Shown: positions 37,135 through 47,181, counted from the stretch's first letter. The stretch is 64,000 nt of DNA from Methanofastidiosum sp. (GCA_041678455.1 JBAYOH010000001.1:7387-71386), one strand, 5' to 3'. Numbers and translations are program-made. Notes: generated by a model from the letters alone, not told the origin.

Positions 37135-37704
37135 CTATTCCAAATATTTTAATATATTTTTATGGATCTCTTCTATATTCATTTCCCCATCAATTATGAT
37201 AAACTTGTATTTTTTTGATAGTCTTTCATATATTTCAAAAACCTTTTTTTGAAACTCAATATTTTCTTCATAAAGGTCTTTTTTTTCCCTTCTTTTCATT
37301 GCAGATTCAGGCCTTACACGGATATAGAATATCATATCAGGATCAAGGGAATATTTCTCTATCTCTTCAATCCATTTAGGGTCAACTCCATTTGCACCTT
37401 GGTATGCCATATTAGAATATTTGTACCTATCAGATATCACGATCTTATCTTCATTTAGTGCCTTCTTTACTATGAGGTAATGTTCGTGCCTGTCGGCAGC
37501 ATAGAGCATTGCAATAGTTTCAGGTGCGAGGGAGATCTTTTTTTCTAGATTAGATTTAATGACCTTTCCAATAGGCTCATCATATATTGGCTCATGTGTC
37601 AATAGGACTTCAAAACCTTTCTTCTTAAAAAATGAGGAGAGCAGTTTAGCCTGTGTTTCTTTCCCTGATGCATCAATACCCTCAAAGACTATGAATCGTT
37701 TCAT
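37135..37704 (-). CDS. tmk: Thymidylate kinase
   Basis: 189 aa. FIVFEGIDASGKETQ P-loop and dTMP-kinase family features. Confidence 0.9.
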   Translation of the reverse strand: MKRFIVFEGIDASGKETQAKLLSSFFKKKGFEVLLTHEPIYDEPIGKVIKSNLEKKISLAPETIAMLYAADRHEHYLIVKKALNEDKIVISDRYKYSNMAYQGANGVDPKWIEEIEKYSLDPDMIFYIRVRPESAMKRREKKDLYEENIEFQKKVFEIYERLSKKYKFIIIDGEMNIEEIHKNILKYLE

Positions 37705-37802
37705 GTACTGATTAGAGATGATTTGATTTTTATGGTTTAGTGTAAAGAAGCTAAAAGCTCACTATAGTAAAACTTTTAAGTTGCCTCATTAATGGAACAC
37801 TA

Positions 37803-38399
37803 ATGACTTATAAACCAGTCTTTATCAAAATGGCTGCTGCAGGTAACTTTGAAAAAAAATTTCTCTTAGAGTTTCAGAAAGAATTACAAAATCTTCTTAG
37901 GAAACTTGGGATAAAAGCAACTTGTTTTTTTTCTAATTCAGGGAGCAGCATTGAAATTGATCATATCCCAAGCGGAGCCTACACATCCCATGTTGGAAAG
38001 TATAATACACATACCTTATTTGCTTATGGTCAGAAAAAGCGAGAAGAGTCATTAAAAAAGGTGGGAAAGCTAGATGCGCTAATAAAAGTATTAGTTATCG
38101 TGGATGTTGAAATATTCAAGCAGGGATTTGCGGGAACTCTTTTTGGGGAGGCCGAAGTGGGAAAAGAAATAGCAATTATATCAACCGCCCCCTTAGAAAA
38201 TCACTTCAAGAGCAGTTTTCTCATCAAAGAAAGGGCCTTAAAAGAAGCCATGCATGAACTTGGCCATACCCTTGGGCTTGACCACTGCAAGACCCCAGGA
38301 TGCTCAATGAACATTTCTAAAGATATCTATGATATAGATGAAAAAAAGAAAACTTATTGTATTAATTGTCTGAATATATTGTTTCAGGGGCATCCTTAA
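37803..38399 (+). CDS. amzA: Archaemetzincin (zinc metallopeptidase AmzA)
   Basis: 198 aa. HELGHTLGLDHC..PGCSM and the C-terminal CINC Zn-ribbon are the archaemetzincin signature. Confidence 0.85.
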   Translation: MTYKPVFIKMAAAGNFEKKFLLEFQKELQNLLRKLGIKATCFFSNSGSSIEIDHIPSGAYTSHVGKYNTHTLFAYGQKKREESLKKVGKLDALIKVLVIVDVEIFKQGFAGTLFGEAEVGKEIAIISTAPLENHFKSSFLIKERALKEAMHELGHTLGLDHCKTPGCSMNISKDIYDIDEKKKTYCINCLNILFQGHP

Positions 38400-38872
38400 G
38401 AAACTCTTATGTAAACGGTGTTTGGGAACGCCGATTCTGCAATCCCTTTGTATGCTACTTCTCCTGTATTCTTGCTCACCTCAAATTTTAAGGCATGATA
38501 GCTTACAGTCAGATTGTTCCCTTCGATTTTTCCAATTCCTCTCAAAACTTCTATTTCATAATAAGTACCTTTGTCATTTACCTTGTATGTGGGGCTGTAA
38601 GGATGGAATGAATAGGATTTTGTGCCTACTATCTTCTGCCCATTTTCCCAGATATAAGCATCTACGAGCTTCAATGCATTTTTCTCTGAGATTGGGATCA
38701 TTGTTTCCATCTGAGTCTTTAGATTATCCCTCTCATCTGTGGCGAGATTTTTTTCAATTGTGAGTGTTTCAATATCATCCTTCAAATCCTTATTCTCAGT
38801 GAACATCAGGTAAGAAGTCGCCCCAAAAATAAGGACAAGTATTCCTAGTATTGCGATTATATTTTTGTTCAT
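38396..38872 (-). CDS. Membrane-anchored hypothetical protein (N-terminal TM, extracytoplasmic beta-rich domain)
   Basis: 158 aa. N-terminal TM IIAILGILVLIFGATSYLMF. No recognisable catalytic motif. Confidence 0.4.
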   Translation of the reverse strand: MNKNIIAILGILVLIFGATSYLMFTENKDLKDDIETLTIEKNLATDERDNLKTQMETMIPISEKNALKLVDAYIWENGQKIVGTKSYSFHPYSPTYKVNDKGTYYEIEVLRGIGKIEGNNLTVSYHALKFEVSKNTGEVAYKGIAESAFPNTVYIRVS

Positions 38873-39039
38873 AATATCACTTCTTGTTAACTATATTTAA
38901 AAAATATCTATATAAGTATTTGTAAAAACTAATAATTAATTATTAATTATCATCGTTATATAAAGAAAATGCTATAGATTATAGACGATAGTTTAATCTT
39001 TTTAGAAAGATTTAAATATTCTTTTCCAAAAGGCGAGTT

Positions 39040-40155
39040 ATGGACAGAAAACTCAGAGTGAGTATTTCGCTTTTTCTCATTTTTTTTACATTAACATTGT
39101 TTACGGCATATGTTTTAGCCGAGAATATTTCAAGTTCTCAGCATTATAGATTTCAGATGAAGTTTCTAGGGACAGACGGTACTGTAAGACCAGATGAAAA
39201 TCTTAGGATTTCAGATGTCAGATTTATTATAGATAAAGATACAATTACACTAAAGATGAATGTTTACATTCCAAGGAATTCTGGGATAGATAAAATGGAA
39301 ATTTCTTTAGTTAATGACCCTGACAGGTCAAAAAGATTTTTCCTCGAACCCGCAGAGGCCAAAAGTATAGTGAGTTCAATTAAGCCACTTTATATGAACC
39401 CTGCCGAGTCTTATTTTTTGAGGGATGGGGATGCACATAGCAAATTATCGCTTTTGACTCTTACTTATAAAAGAGTGGGAGATTATTACTACCAGTTGCC
39501 GCTAAACGCAACAGTTGATTCTTTTTACGGTGAATTTTGGATTGTTTTCGATAAGGACACAGATGATCCTTCAATATTACATGAAAATAATAACATTAGC
39601 CTATCTTTTTCATACCCGTATGGCAACGCGGGGATAAACGGAATTAAAGTTCCTGATGAGTACACAATAACTTCAATTACACCAGAAACAACTGAGAGGG
39701 TTAAATCTTTCATCATCTATTACTCTGCACCACCAACTAGTGTATTCATTGAGGCCGCAATAGGTCAACCAGAGCCAACTACATTAGAAAAAATGACCGA
39801 GTGGGGAAATAAGAATCTTGGCATATTTCTTATAATAATAACTTTATTAACTGGTATAGATCTTATCGTGGATTACTTTCAGCACAGGATGATGCCTACT
39901 GGAAAGATAAATGTCAAAGCTATAGCCAAGAAAGGAGAACATGATGAAAGACCGCCTCCATCTGATAGAGCAGTTAGGCCAAGTCCTATGTCAGTGCCAA
40001 TTGAGAGAGAAAAGCCTATTAAAAGGGAAGAGCCAACTAGCAGATACCACTCATATGGCAAGATGGATAGCACAAGAGACCTAATTGACGAGATGAAAAG
40101 ACTTGAAAAAGCCATGGAAGATTATGAAAACTCAGTCAAGTTAAAAAAGAAGTAA
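39040..40155 (+). CDS. Hypothetical secreted protein with an N-terminal signal peptide, a C-terminal TM anchor and a charged cytoplasmic tail
   Basis: 371 aa. Signal peptide LFLIFFTLTLFTAYVLA, C-terminal TM IFLIIITLLTGIDLIV, then a K/E/R-rich tail. Confidence 0.45.
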   Translation: MDRKLRVSISLFLIFFTLTLFTAYVLAENISSSQHYRFQMKFLGTDGTVRPDENLRISDVRFIIDKDTITLKMNVYIPRNSGIDKMEISLVNDPDRSKRFFLEPAEAKSIVSSIKPLYMNPAESYFLRDGDAHSKLSLLTLTYKRVGDYYYQLPLNATVDSFYGEFWIVFDKDTDDPSILHENNNISLSFSYPYGNAGINGIKVPDEYTITSITPETTERVKSFIIYYSAPPTSVFIEAAIGQPEPTTLEKMTEWGNKNLGIFLIIITLLTGIDLIVDYFQHRMMPTGKINVKAIAKKGEHDERPPPSDRAVRPSPMSVPIEREKPIKREEPTSRYHSYGKMDSTRDLIDEMKRLEKAMEDYENSVKLKKK

Positions 40156-40158
40156 AGG

Positions 40159-40839
40159 TTGGAAGATATCTTGGATGATAAAAAATCTGTAGGCATATAC
40201 GCAGCATCTTTAGTAAAAGATGGAGAGGTTGTGGGGCTTGGAACAGGAAGCACTACTGCATTTACAATAATAGAACTCGGAAGAAGAATTAAAGAAGAGG
40301 GAATTTCAATCTATGGTGTACCTACTTCTTTTCAGGCAAAACTTTCGGCTGTAGAGTCAAATATCCCCCTTACAACTCTTGACGAGCATGATATCGATAT
40401 AGCTATTGACGGTGCGGATGAAGTAGACCCTGCTCTGTGCCTGCTAAAAGGTAGAGGTGGAGCACTCTTACAGGAAAAGATAATTGATTACAGTGCAAAT
40501 AGATTTGTTGTTGTTTGTGAAGAGAGAAAACTTGTAAAAAAACTTGGAAAATTTTTTCCAGTTACTATTGAAGTATTCCCACTTGCTTATAGAAAAACCT
40601 TTGAATTATTGTCCTCTTTTGGGAGCCCAGTGCTAAGAAAAGGGAACAAAAAAGATGGGCCGGTGATAACGGACAATGGAAACTTCCTAATTGATCTCTT
40701 CACATCTGTTGAAAATCCTAAATCTATGGAAAAGGAGCTAAATGGTATACCCGGCATATTTGAAAATGGTATATTTACTTCAAAATGTGAAGTAGTGTTC
40801 ATGAAAGATGAAAAGATAGTAGTTCTAAAATCACGATGA
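40159..40839 (+). CDS. rpiA: Ribose-5-phosphate isomerase A
   Basis: 226 aa. GLGTGSTTAF, DGADEVD and KGRGGAL motifs. Confidence 0.9.
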   Translation: MEDILDDKKSVGIYAASLVKDGEVVGLGTGSTTAFTIIELGRRIKEEGISIYGVPTSFQAKLSAVESNIPLTTLDEHDIDIAIDGADEVDPALCLLKGRGGALLQEKIIDYSANRFVVVCEERKLVKKLGKFFPVTIEVFPLAYRKTFELLSSFGSPVLRKGNKKDGPVITDNGNFLIDLFTSVENPKSMEKELNGIPGIFENGIFTSKCEVVFMKDEKIVVLKSR

Positions 40840-40882
40840 TTAATTATATATAAGAAAAAATAAATAAAAAACAGGTGGTAGA

Positions 40883-41323
40883 ATGAAAGAATATGCTAAA
40901 GAATTAAAATTGAATGTTCCGGAGAAAAGTGACATAGATAAAGGATTAATGGACATGCTAAAATTCTTTTTAGATACTGAATCAAAAGTTAAAATCTATC
41001 TATACCTTCTAAACAAGGGCAATTCAACTTACGACAGCATTGCAGAAGGAACAGCAATATACCCAAGCGCCTGCCGTGAAGCATTAACATCGATGGAACA
41101 GATGAATGTGGTGGAGAAGTCCCCTGGGGACCCAGAGACCTATACCGCTGTTTCCCCTTCAAAACTTGTAGATCGAAAGATTGGCCAACTTGAAAAAGAG
41201 CTTAACGATTTTTTAAAACTTGAAGAGGTAATAAAAGATAAAAAGGAGATTAAAACGCCAATACTTCCTTTCAAAATAAAAATTGAAAGAGTCGAAAATT
41301 TGGAGAATAAAGATGAGGAATGA
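40883..41323 (+). CDS. TrmB-like winged-helix transcriptional regulator
   Basis: 146 aa. KIYLYLLNKGNSTYDSIAEGTAIYPSACREALTSMEQMNVVEK is a TrmB-type wHTH, with a C-terminal coiled coil. Confidence 0.5.
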   Translation: MKEYAKELKLNVPEKSDIDKGLMDMLKFFLDTESKVKIYLYLLNKGNSTYDSIAEGTAIYPSACREALTSMEQMNVVEKSPGDPETYTAVSPSKLVDRKIGQLEKELNDFLKLEEVIKDKKEIKTPILPFKIKIERVENLENKDEE

Positions 41324-41329
41324 AATCTA

Positions 41330-41695
41330 TTGATAAGAATTGATAATGAACTATTAGATTTCATAACGCATGCTGCAAAAAATACCTATCCAAATGAATT
41401 TGCTGCTTTTTTGAGAGAGGATGAAGGAGTAATTTCTGAAGTCATTTTTTCTCCTTTTAGTATATTTGGAAAAAATTCATCTACAATTTCACATTTTAGC
41501 CTTCCACTTGACCCAACTATTATAGGTACGATCCACTCTCATCCAAGCAGAAACGGCTCGCCTTCTGAAGGCGATCTTAACTTTTTCTCCCATTATGGCA
41601 AGGTCCATATAATCGTTAGACATCCTTATGAGCGGGGAGACTATTTCTTTTATTCGAGAAACGGAGAAAGTTTAGGATATGAGATTGTATTATGA
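41330..41695 (+). CDS. Minimal JAMM/MPN+ metalloprotease (archaeal JAMM1-like isopeptidase)
   Basis: 121 aa. Conserved Glu (NEFAAF), HSHPS..SEGD (HxHx7Sx2D) motif, TTG start. Confidence 0.8.
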   Translation: MIRIDNELLDFITHAAKNTYPNEFAAFLREDEGVISEVIFSPFSIFGKNSSTISHFSLPLDPTIIGTIHSHPSRNGSPSEGDLNFFSHYGKVHIIVRHPYERGDYFFYSRNGESLGYEIVL

Positions 41696-42513
41696 ATCTA
41701 AAAGAATTACTTCTTAAGTCCCTCTCAAAATCTATTGCAAGATTGGTAGAAGATAAAGATTATGTGCCCGTGTCTTTTTCTGGCGGTATTGATAGCTACA
41801 TAACTGCAGCTTTAGTTAAAAAGCATTCAACTCCGATATTGTATACAATTGGAAATGAGAGCTCAAAAGATTTATTTTATTCTAAAGTTGCCTCTGAATC
41901 ATTAGAATCAGAAATTAGGATAATTAATTATTCTGATAAAGACCTAGTAGAAAGTATTAAAAAAACTATTGAAATAATTGGGGCCAGTAATAGTCTTGAT
42001 GTTTTGATAGGCTCGACATTTTATCTTATTGCAAAAAGAATAAAACAGGATGATTTTGATATATGCCTATCTGGACAGGGTGCAGATGAATTATTTTTTG
42101 GATACGACAAATATAGAAGGGCTTTGGCAAAAGGTGAAGATCCAATTGATTTGAGGAACAAGGATGTTTCAGAGCTAGAAGTTATTCTTTCTAAGAGAGA
42201 ATACAAGATTTTTGGGAACTTTGAAATCAAGTTTATGTCCCCATTTTTAGATAAAGAAGTAAAAAAAATCGGGATGCAAATTGAAAGAGAGTATAATCTG
42301 AAAAATCCTGATGATGATCTAAGGAAACATACTCTTCGAGAGATTACTTTGGAGCTTGGGGCTCCACTTGAGATTATAAATCGTAAAAAGAAGGCACTCC
42401 AGTATGGATCGGGCATCCTAGATGATGTTAGACGAATATCCAAAGAAAAAGGATTGGCGCCATCGCTAAATGTTTATTTAGAATCTGTAAAAAAAGGTAT
42501 TAATATAAATTAA
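41692..42513 (+). CDS. Stand-alone asparagine-synthetase-type PP-loop adenylating/amidating domain protein (AsnB C-terminal domain-like, no glutaminase domain)
   Basis: 273 aa. PP-loop SFSGGIDS and the AsnB-type second motif LSGQGADELFFGYDKY. Its start overlaps the JAMM stop (ATGA). Confidence 0.65.
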   Translation: MNLKELLLKSLSKSIARLVEDKDYVPVSFSGGIDSYITAALVKKHSTPILYTIGNESSKDLFYSKVASESLESEIRIINYSDKDLVESIKKTIEIIGASNSLDVLIGSTFYLIAKRIKQDDFDICLSGQGADELFFGYDKYRRALAKGEDPIDLRNKDVSELEVILSKREYKIFGNFEIKFMSPFLDKEVKKIGMQIEREYNLKNPDDDLRKHTLREITLELGAPLEIINRKKKALQYGSGILDDVRRISKEKGLAPSLNVYLESVKKGININ

Positions 42514-42523
42514 AAAAAAAGAT

Positions 42524-42901
42524 TTATTTTTTCTTGCCGAAATCGAATATTTTCATGAAGGAGAACATTGGGTAAGAGTTTCGAGTTGTCGCGCATGTTT
42601 CAGTTATGACTGCGTCATAGTATCCATTGCACTCAACTAATTTTTCCCTAGTTCCTACTTTTTTTGTTTTATATCTAATTATATCAGTACCACCTGGATT
42701 TTCTGTTATCCCGATATATTTAACATATTCATCTTCACCAGCATAATAACTGCAGGGAACACCATTTGGTACCCTTACCTCAAATTCTGTCCCCACTTGA
42801 ATACAATCTAGACCAGTAGCACACCCTGCAATCGTTTGAGCTACGCCAAATACGCTTGATATAAAAATCAAGGTCGTTAATACAGCAAATATTTTCTTCA
42901 T
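42524..42901 (-). CDS. Small secreted Cys-containing hypothetical protein
   Basis: Signal peptide MKKIFAVLTTLIFISSVFGVA and 6 Cys. Start moved to the internal ATG 42901. Confidence 0.4.
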   Translation of the reverse strand: MKKIFAVLTTLIFISSVFGVAQTIAGCATGLDCIQVGTEFEVRVPNGVPCSYYAGEDEYVKYIGITENPGGTDIIRYKTKKVGTREKLVECNGYYDAVITETCATTRNSYPMFSFMKIFDFGKKK

Positions 42902-43035
42902 AAGATTCCCTCGTATCTGGATATTAATGCCATTTATAAAAGCTACATAAATAATATCTGAAATTAGAGAATATCTCAAAAAATAATCGTGAAAAAATCG
43001 TAACTCTTTTATTAATCGTTTGCAATATAACTATT

Positions 43036-44556
43036 ATGGAACTTAAAATAAAGTACCTTGATATCCAGGAAACGCAGGATATTGTTTTTTTGAATGTTAA
43101 TGATGCTATAAAGGAAAGGATTGACCCGGGAGAGAAAATTATTATCAAAAAATCTGATTCATCATATTCATCCTCTGCTGTATTAACTAAGGACATTGTC
43201 AAAGAAGGATTTATAGGGGTGACTCTAGAAAAATCAAAACGGTATAATCATTTGAAAAATGACATAGTCGAAGTATTCCCTGATGTAAATATGGAGCTTG
43301 CCCATATATCAAAAAAGAAACTAGAAGGAAAGATACTGACAAATGAAGAAATAACAAAATTTGTCGGAGGCATAATAAACGGCAATATCGATAACGTCAT
43401 AATATCAAGTTTTCTCACTACAACTCAAATACTCGGAACTTCAACAAAGGAGATAGAGTATCTTACCCGTGCAATGGCAGAAACGGGTACAATGATAAGA
43501 TTTGACAAAGAGCCTATAATGGATGTCCATAGTATAGGGGGCGTTCCTGGCAATAAAACTGCCCTCCTCACAATCCCTATAATTGCATCGTCTGGCCTTT
43601 ATATCCCTAAAACATCTTCTAGGGCCATAACATCGCCTGCAGGTACCGCCGATGTTGTAGAGGTCATCTCTCCCATTGATTTTTCTCCAGACAAATTAAA
43701 GGAAATTGTCAAAACAACTGGGGGCTGCCTTGCTTGGAGCGGTGTCTTAAATCTGACGCCTGCAGATGAAAAAATAGTTGAAGTTGAAAGAAGGCTTCAT
43801 ATTGACCCAGAGCCAATTATCCTTGCAAGCGTATTAAGCAAAAAATATGCAATGGGCGCAGAATACCTTTTGATTGATATCCCGATGGGAGAGGGTACAA
43901 AAATTAATACCTGGGAAAATGCAAGAAAACTTGCGTCCAATTTCACAGACCTGGGATCATCTCTTGGAATGCATGTTGAAGTTGCTGTTACCTACGGGGG
44001 CCAGCCAATAGGAAATGCAGTTGGCCCCGCTCTTGAGGCGAGAGAAGCTTTGATGGCCTTGGAAGGAAAGCAAAGCGGAAGTCTTACTGAAAAAGCTATT
44101 GGCCTTGCGGCAATACTCCTTGAACTTGGTAGGAAGGCGGAAGCTGGGAAAGGGAAAGTAATGGCAAGAGACATTCTTGAAAGTGGGAAAGCTTTAGAAA
44201 AGTTTAGAGAGATTATAGCTGCACAGGGGGGAGATTCGGATATAAAGCCAGAGGAAATTCCGCTGGGAAAGTACGAAGAAACTATACTGTCTGAAGATTC
44301 GGGCTATATAACTAAAGTTGACAATGCAACGATTGTCAAAGTTGCAAAGATTCTGGGAACTCCATTTAACAAGGGGGCAGGGCTCTTGTTAAACTACAAG
44401 GTGGGCGACCGCGTTGAAAAGGATGATGTTATTGTAGAGCTTTTTGCAGAGAGTGAGGAAAGGCTTTTATCCGCAAAAAGATTTTTGGATTACAACAGGA
44501 TATTCCAAACCGAAGGAATGATCCTAAAAAGATTTCCAGGACTTAAGGTGATTTGA
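43036..44556 (+). CDS. deoA: AMP phosphorylase (archaeal thymidine-phosphorylase-family enzyme with an N-terminal extension)
   Basis: 506 aa. Pyrimidine-nucleoside-phosphorylase fold (glycosyltransferase-3 domain plus the C-terminal PYNP domain) with the ~80-aa N-terminal domain typical of archaeal AMPpase. Confidence 0.8.
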   Translation: MELKIKYLDIQETQDIVFLNVNDAIKERIDPGEKIIIKKSDSSYSSSAVLTKDIVKEGFIGVTLEKSKRYNHLKNDIVEVFPDVNMELAHISKKKLEGKILTNEEITKFVGGIINGNIDNVIISSFLTTTQILGTSTKEIEYLTRAMAETGTMIRFDKEPIMDVHSIGGVPGNKTALLTIPIIASSGLYIPKTSSRAITSPAGTADVVEVISPIDFSPDKLKEIVKTTGGCLAWSGVLNLTPADEKIVEVERRLHIDPEPIILASVLSKKYAMGAEYLLIDIPMGEGTKINTWENARKLASNFTDLGSSLGMHVEVAVTYGGQPIGNAVGPALEAREALMALEGKQSGSLTEKAIGLAAILLELGRKAEAGKGKVMARDILESGKALEKFREIIAAQGGDSDIKPEEIPLGKYEETILSEDSGYITKVDNATIVKVAKILGTPFNKGAGLLLNYKVGDRVEKDDVIVELFAESEERLLSAKRFLDYNRIFQTEGMILKRFPGLKVI

Positions 44557-44894
44557 TGGAACTTGACTACTATGGTCTTAAGCATAGGAGACTTTTGGAA
44601 GATGCACGAAGGAAAAGAGAGGATGGAATTATCCTATTTTTCACACTATTTTTCTCGTCTCTGTTTTTATTCTTAGTTGGATTTGGGTACTCAGTTATTC
44701 TTAGTATTGCAGGGGTTATTGTTCTTTTATTGGGTGTCTTGCTGTTTGTTTATGAAGATGCTCAGAGCAGAAAACTGCTTGATAAAGCCTCTGAGATGGA
44801 ACACCCACCGAAAAAGCCAGTTGAAAAAGAAGTCGAAAGTGCAATCACTGATCTACTGATTGAAGGAATATCTTATCTGATGAAACATGACTGA
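44553..44894 (+). CDS. Small membrane protein, hypothetical
   Basis: 113 aa, two TM. Its start overlaps the AMPpase stop. Confidence 0.4.
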   Translation: MMELDYYGLKHRRLLEDARRKREDGIILFFTLFFSSLFLFLVGFGYSVILSIAGVIVLLLGVLLFVYEDAQSRKLLDKASEMEHPPKKPVEKEVESAITDLLIEGISYLMKHD

Positions 44895-44949
44895 AATAGT
44901 ATCCATAAAAAAATCTATAGGCCACAAAAAAAGTTTCTCATAAGCTGTG

Positions 44950-45940
44950 GATAAACTCCTAAACGACTTGAGCAGCATCGAAAGGTTTGTAAATAAAGGG
45001 GATACAGTTGCATTAAAGCCGAATTTTATTGTTTATTCTTCTCTTCAAAAAGGCATTGTTACCCATCCTTTGTAATTGACAGTCCAGTAGTGAAATACCA
45101 TTTAACAAATCATTCCCTAGGCACTTATATAAATCAACTGGTTACTGGGATGTGTTCAAGAATTATAGAGAGTTTTTAAACTTCGATACCTCTCACCGAA
45201 ATACTTGAAGTAAAAAATGAACTCCTATTAAAGAAAGTAAGAATCTTGAAAAAACTTGTAGATTCGGATGTAATTATAAATTTGCCAAAAATGAAGACCC
45301 ATTCTCTGACTTTTATTACAGATGCAGTTAAAAATATGTTTGGTGCTATACCCAGAATTGAAAAAACTTCATGCCGTTCCAGATTTAGAGATATATTTGA
45401 CTTTTCAAAAGCGCTGATAGACATCCTGAATGTAACTAATCCTTCGCTTAGTTTAATGAATAGAATAATATCACTTGAAGACGATAGCCCAGCGATGAAG
45501 GGAACCCCTGAAATACTGGAGTTATCGTTAGTTCAAAGGATCCTTTCTCACTAGACTTTGTTTTTTCAGAGATTATCGGCTTATCTCCAAATTCCGTTCC
45601 TTATCTAAAGGTTGGCTTAGAAAATAATATTACAAATGATTCATATAAAGTAATAGGGGATGTAGTTAACATACAAGATTTTGAACTTCCTTGGATTTTC
45701 CGTGGAAATAGTACAACTGAAATAATATATATGTATAATAAAATTGTAGCTTCGGTATACCGGAGGTTATTTGTTCAAAAACTTAAGATCTTGAAGTAAA
45801 AATGCATAAGATGCGGGGTCTGTGTAAGAAGTCGCCCTGAAAAAGCTATTTCATTGGATAAGATTAGCGCATTAATAGACTACAATAGATGCTAGATGTT
45901 ACTGTTGCCATGAGCAGTGTCCTAGGGCACTATTGACCTT
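44950..45940 (+). pseudogene. Decayed DUF362-ferredoxin gene: fragments in several frames interrupted by stops
   Basis: Fragments: FVNKGDTVALKPNFIV..GIVTHPL*; DVIINLPKMKTHSLTFITDAVKNMFGAIP (the DUF362 core); DSFSEIIGLSPNSVPYLKVGLEN; and the 4Fe-4S relic KCIRCGVCVRSRPEKAI...RCYCCHEQCP. Confidence 0.5.
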
Positions 45941-45980
45941 AAAAGAATTAACTTATAGAAATCCTTTTAAGTATAAGTGA

Positions 45981-46322
45981 TTGTATTGTTTTGGTGATAA
46001 AATGAAAGAAGAAGTATTCTATGGAAGAGGCATGAAGAAGATTAAAGCAGACTATCCAGAAGTTTATGATGCTATTATAAAATTAAATGATGCGGTTTAC
46101 ACTGGAAAAGTCTTGGACTACAAAACCCAGAAACTTATTGCAATAGGAATAGCTGCATCAAGGTGCGATGAGAGCGCAACAGATAGACAGATCAGATCTG
46201 CAATTAAGGAGCTTGGTATCACCTCTGACGAGATAGTTGACGTACTAAGGGTAGTACTATTAACTTCAGGCATGCCGTCCTTCACAAAGGGTATAAGGAT
46301 TTTAGAAGAGATAAAAAAATAA
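45981..46322 (+). CDS. Carboxymuconolactone decarboxylase / AhpD-like family protein
   Basis: 113 aa. The LIAIGIAASRCDES...SDEIVDVL pattern is CMD/AhpD-like. The start could be ATG 46002. Confidence 0.55.
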   Translation: MYCFGDKMKEEVFYGRGMKKIKADYPEVYDAIIKLNDAVYTGKVLDYKTQKLIAIGIAASRCDESATDRQIRSAIKELGITSDEIVDVLRVVLLTSGMPSFTKGIRILEEIKK

Positions 46323-46344
46323 ATAAAATTTTTTTACTATTTTT

Positions 46345-47181
46345 ATGCGTAGGATTGGTTTTCACGTATCTGTCGCTCAAGGATTTTTGAAGGTCTTTGA
46401 CAATGCAAAAGCTCTTGAGGTAAATTGCTGTCAGATATTCACACATTCCCCGAGGAGTTGGACATTTAACTTAGTATCTGAAGATGTTGGAAAGCTATTC
46501 AAAGATAGGTACCACAAAAATGATATTACTCCAGTAGTAGTCCATGCCTCATACCTGCCAAATCTTGCTTCTGAAGATTCAACTATGCGGCAAAAATCAA
46601 TTGACTCAATAAAAAAGGAGTTCATCTCTTGCAATAGATTGGGCCTAGAGTATTTGAATATACACCCAGGAGCCCATAAAGAGCAGAGTAAAAATAGAGG
46701 GCTAAAACAGGTTTGTGGATCCCTTAACTCGATAGAGGATTATATAGGAAAAGTCACTCTGCTTTTTGAAAACACTTCAGGGAGCGGTTCCGTTTTAGGG
46801 TCAACTTTTGAAGAGCTAAGATACTTACTTGAAAATACAAATTTTAACTGTGGCGTTACTCTTGACACTTGCCATCTCTTCACTTCAGGATACGACATAT
46901 CAAGTGAAGAGGCACTTGAAAATACTCTCTCTAGCTTTGACAGGATAATTGGTCTAGAAAATTTAAAACTTATACATCTAAATGATTCGCAAGGTGAACT
47001 CAATTCAAAAAAGGATCGCCATGAGCATATCGGTTTAGGAAAGATAGGGCCTGTTGGATTTAAGGCTGTAGTAAATCATGATTATCTAAAAAATATCCCG
47101 ATGATTATGGAAACGCCTGTAAATGAAAAGAGAGGGGATAAAGAAAATTTTATTTTTTTGAAGGAAATGATAGAGATTTAA
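46345..47181 (+). CDS. nfo: Endonuclease IV (AP endonuclease family 2)
   Basis: 278 aa. The HVSVAQG..EVNCCQIFTHSPRSW, HASYLPN and HLNDSQ motifs match Nfo. Confidence 0.9.
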   Translation: MRRIGFHVSVAQGFLKVFDNAKALEVNCCQIFTHSPRSWTFNLVSEDVGKLFKDRYHKNDITPVVVHASYLPNLASEDSTMRQKSIDSIKKEFISCNRLGLEYLNIHPGAHKEQSKNRGLKQVCGSLNSIEDYIGKVTLLFENTSGSGSVLGSTFEELRYLLENTNFNCGVTLDTCHLFTSGYDISSEEALENTLSSFDRIIGLENLKLIHLNDSQGELNSKKDRHEHIGLGKIGPVGFKAVVNHDYLKNIPMIMETPVNEKRGDKENFIFLKEMIEI

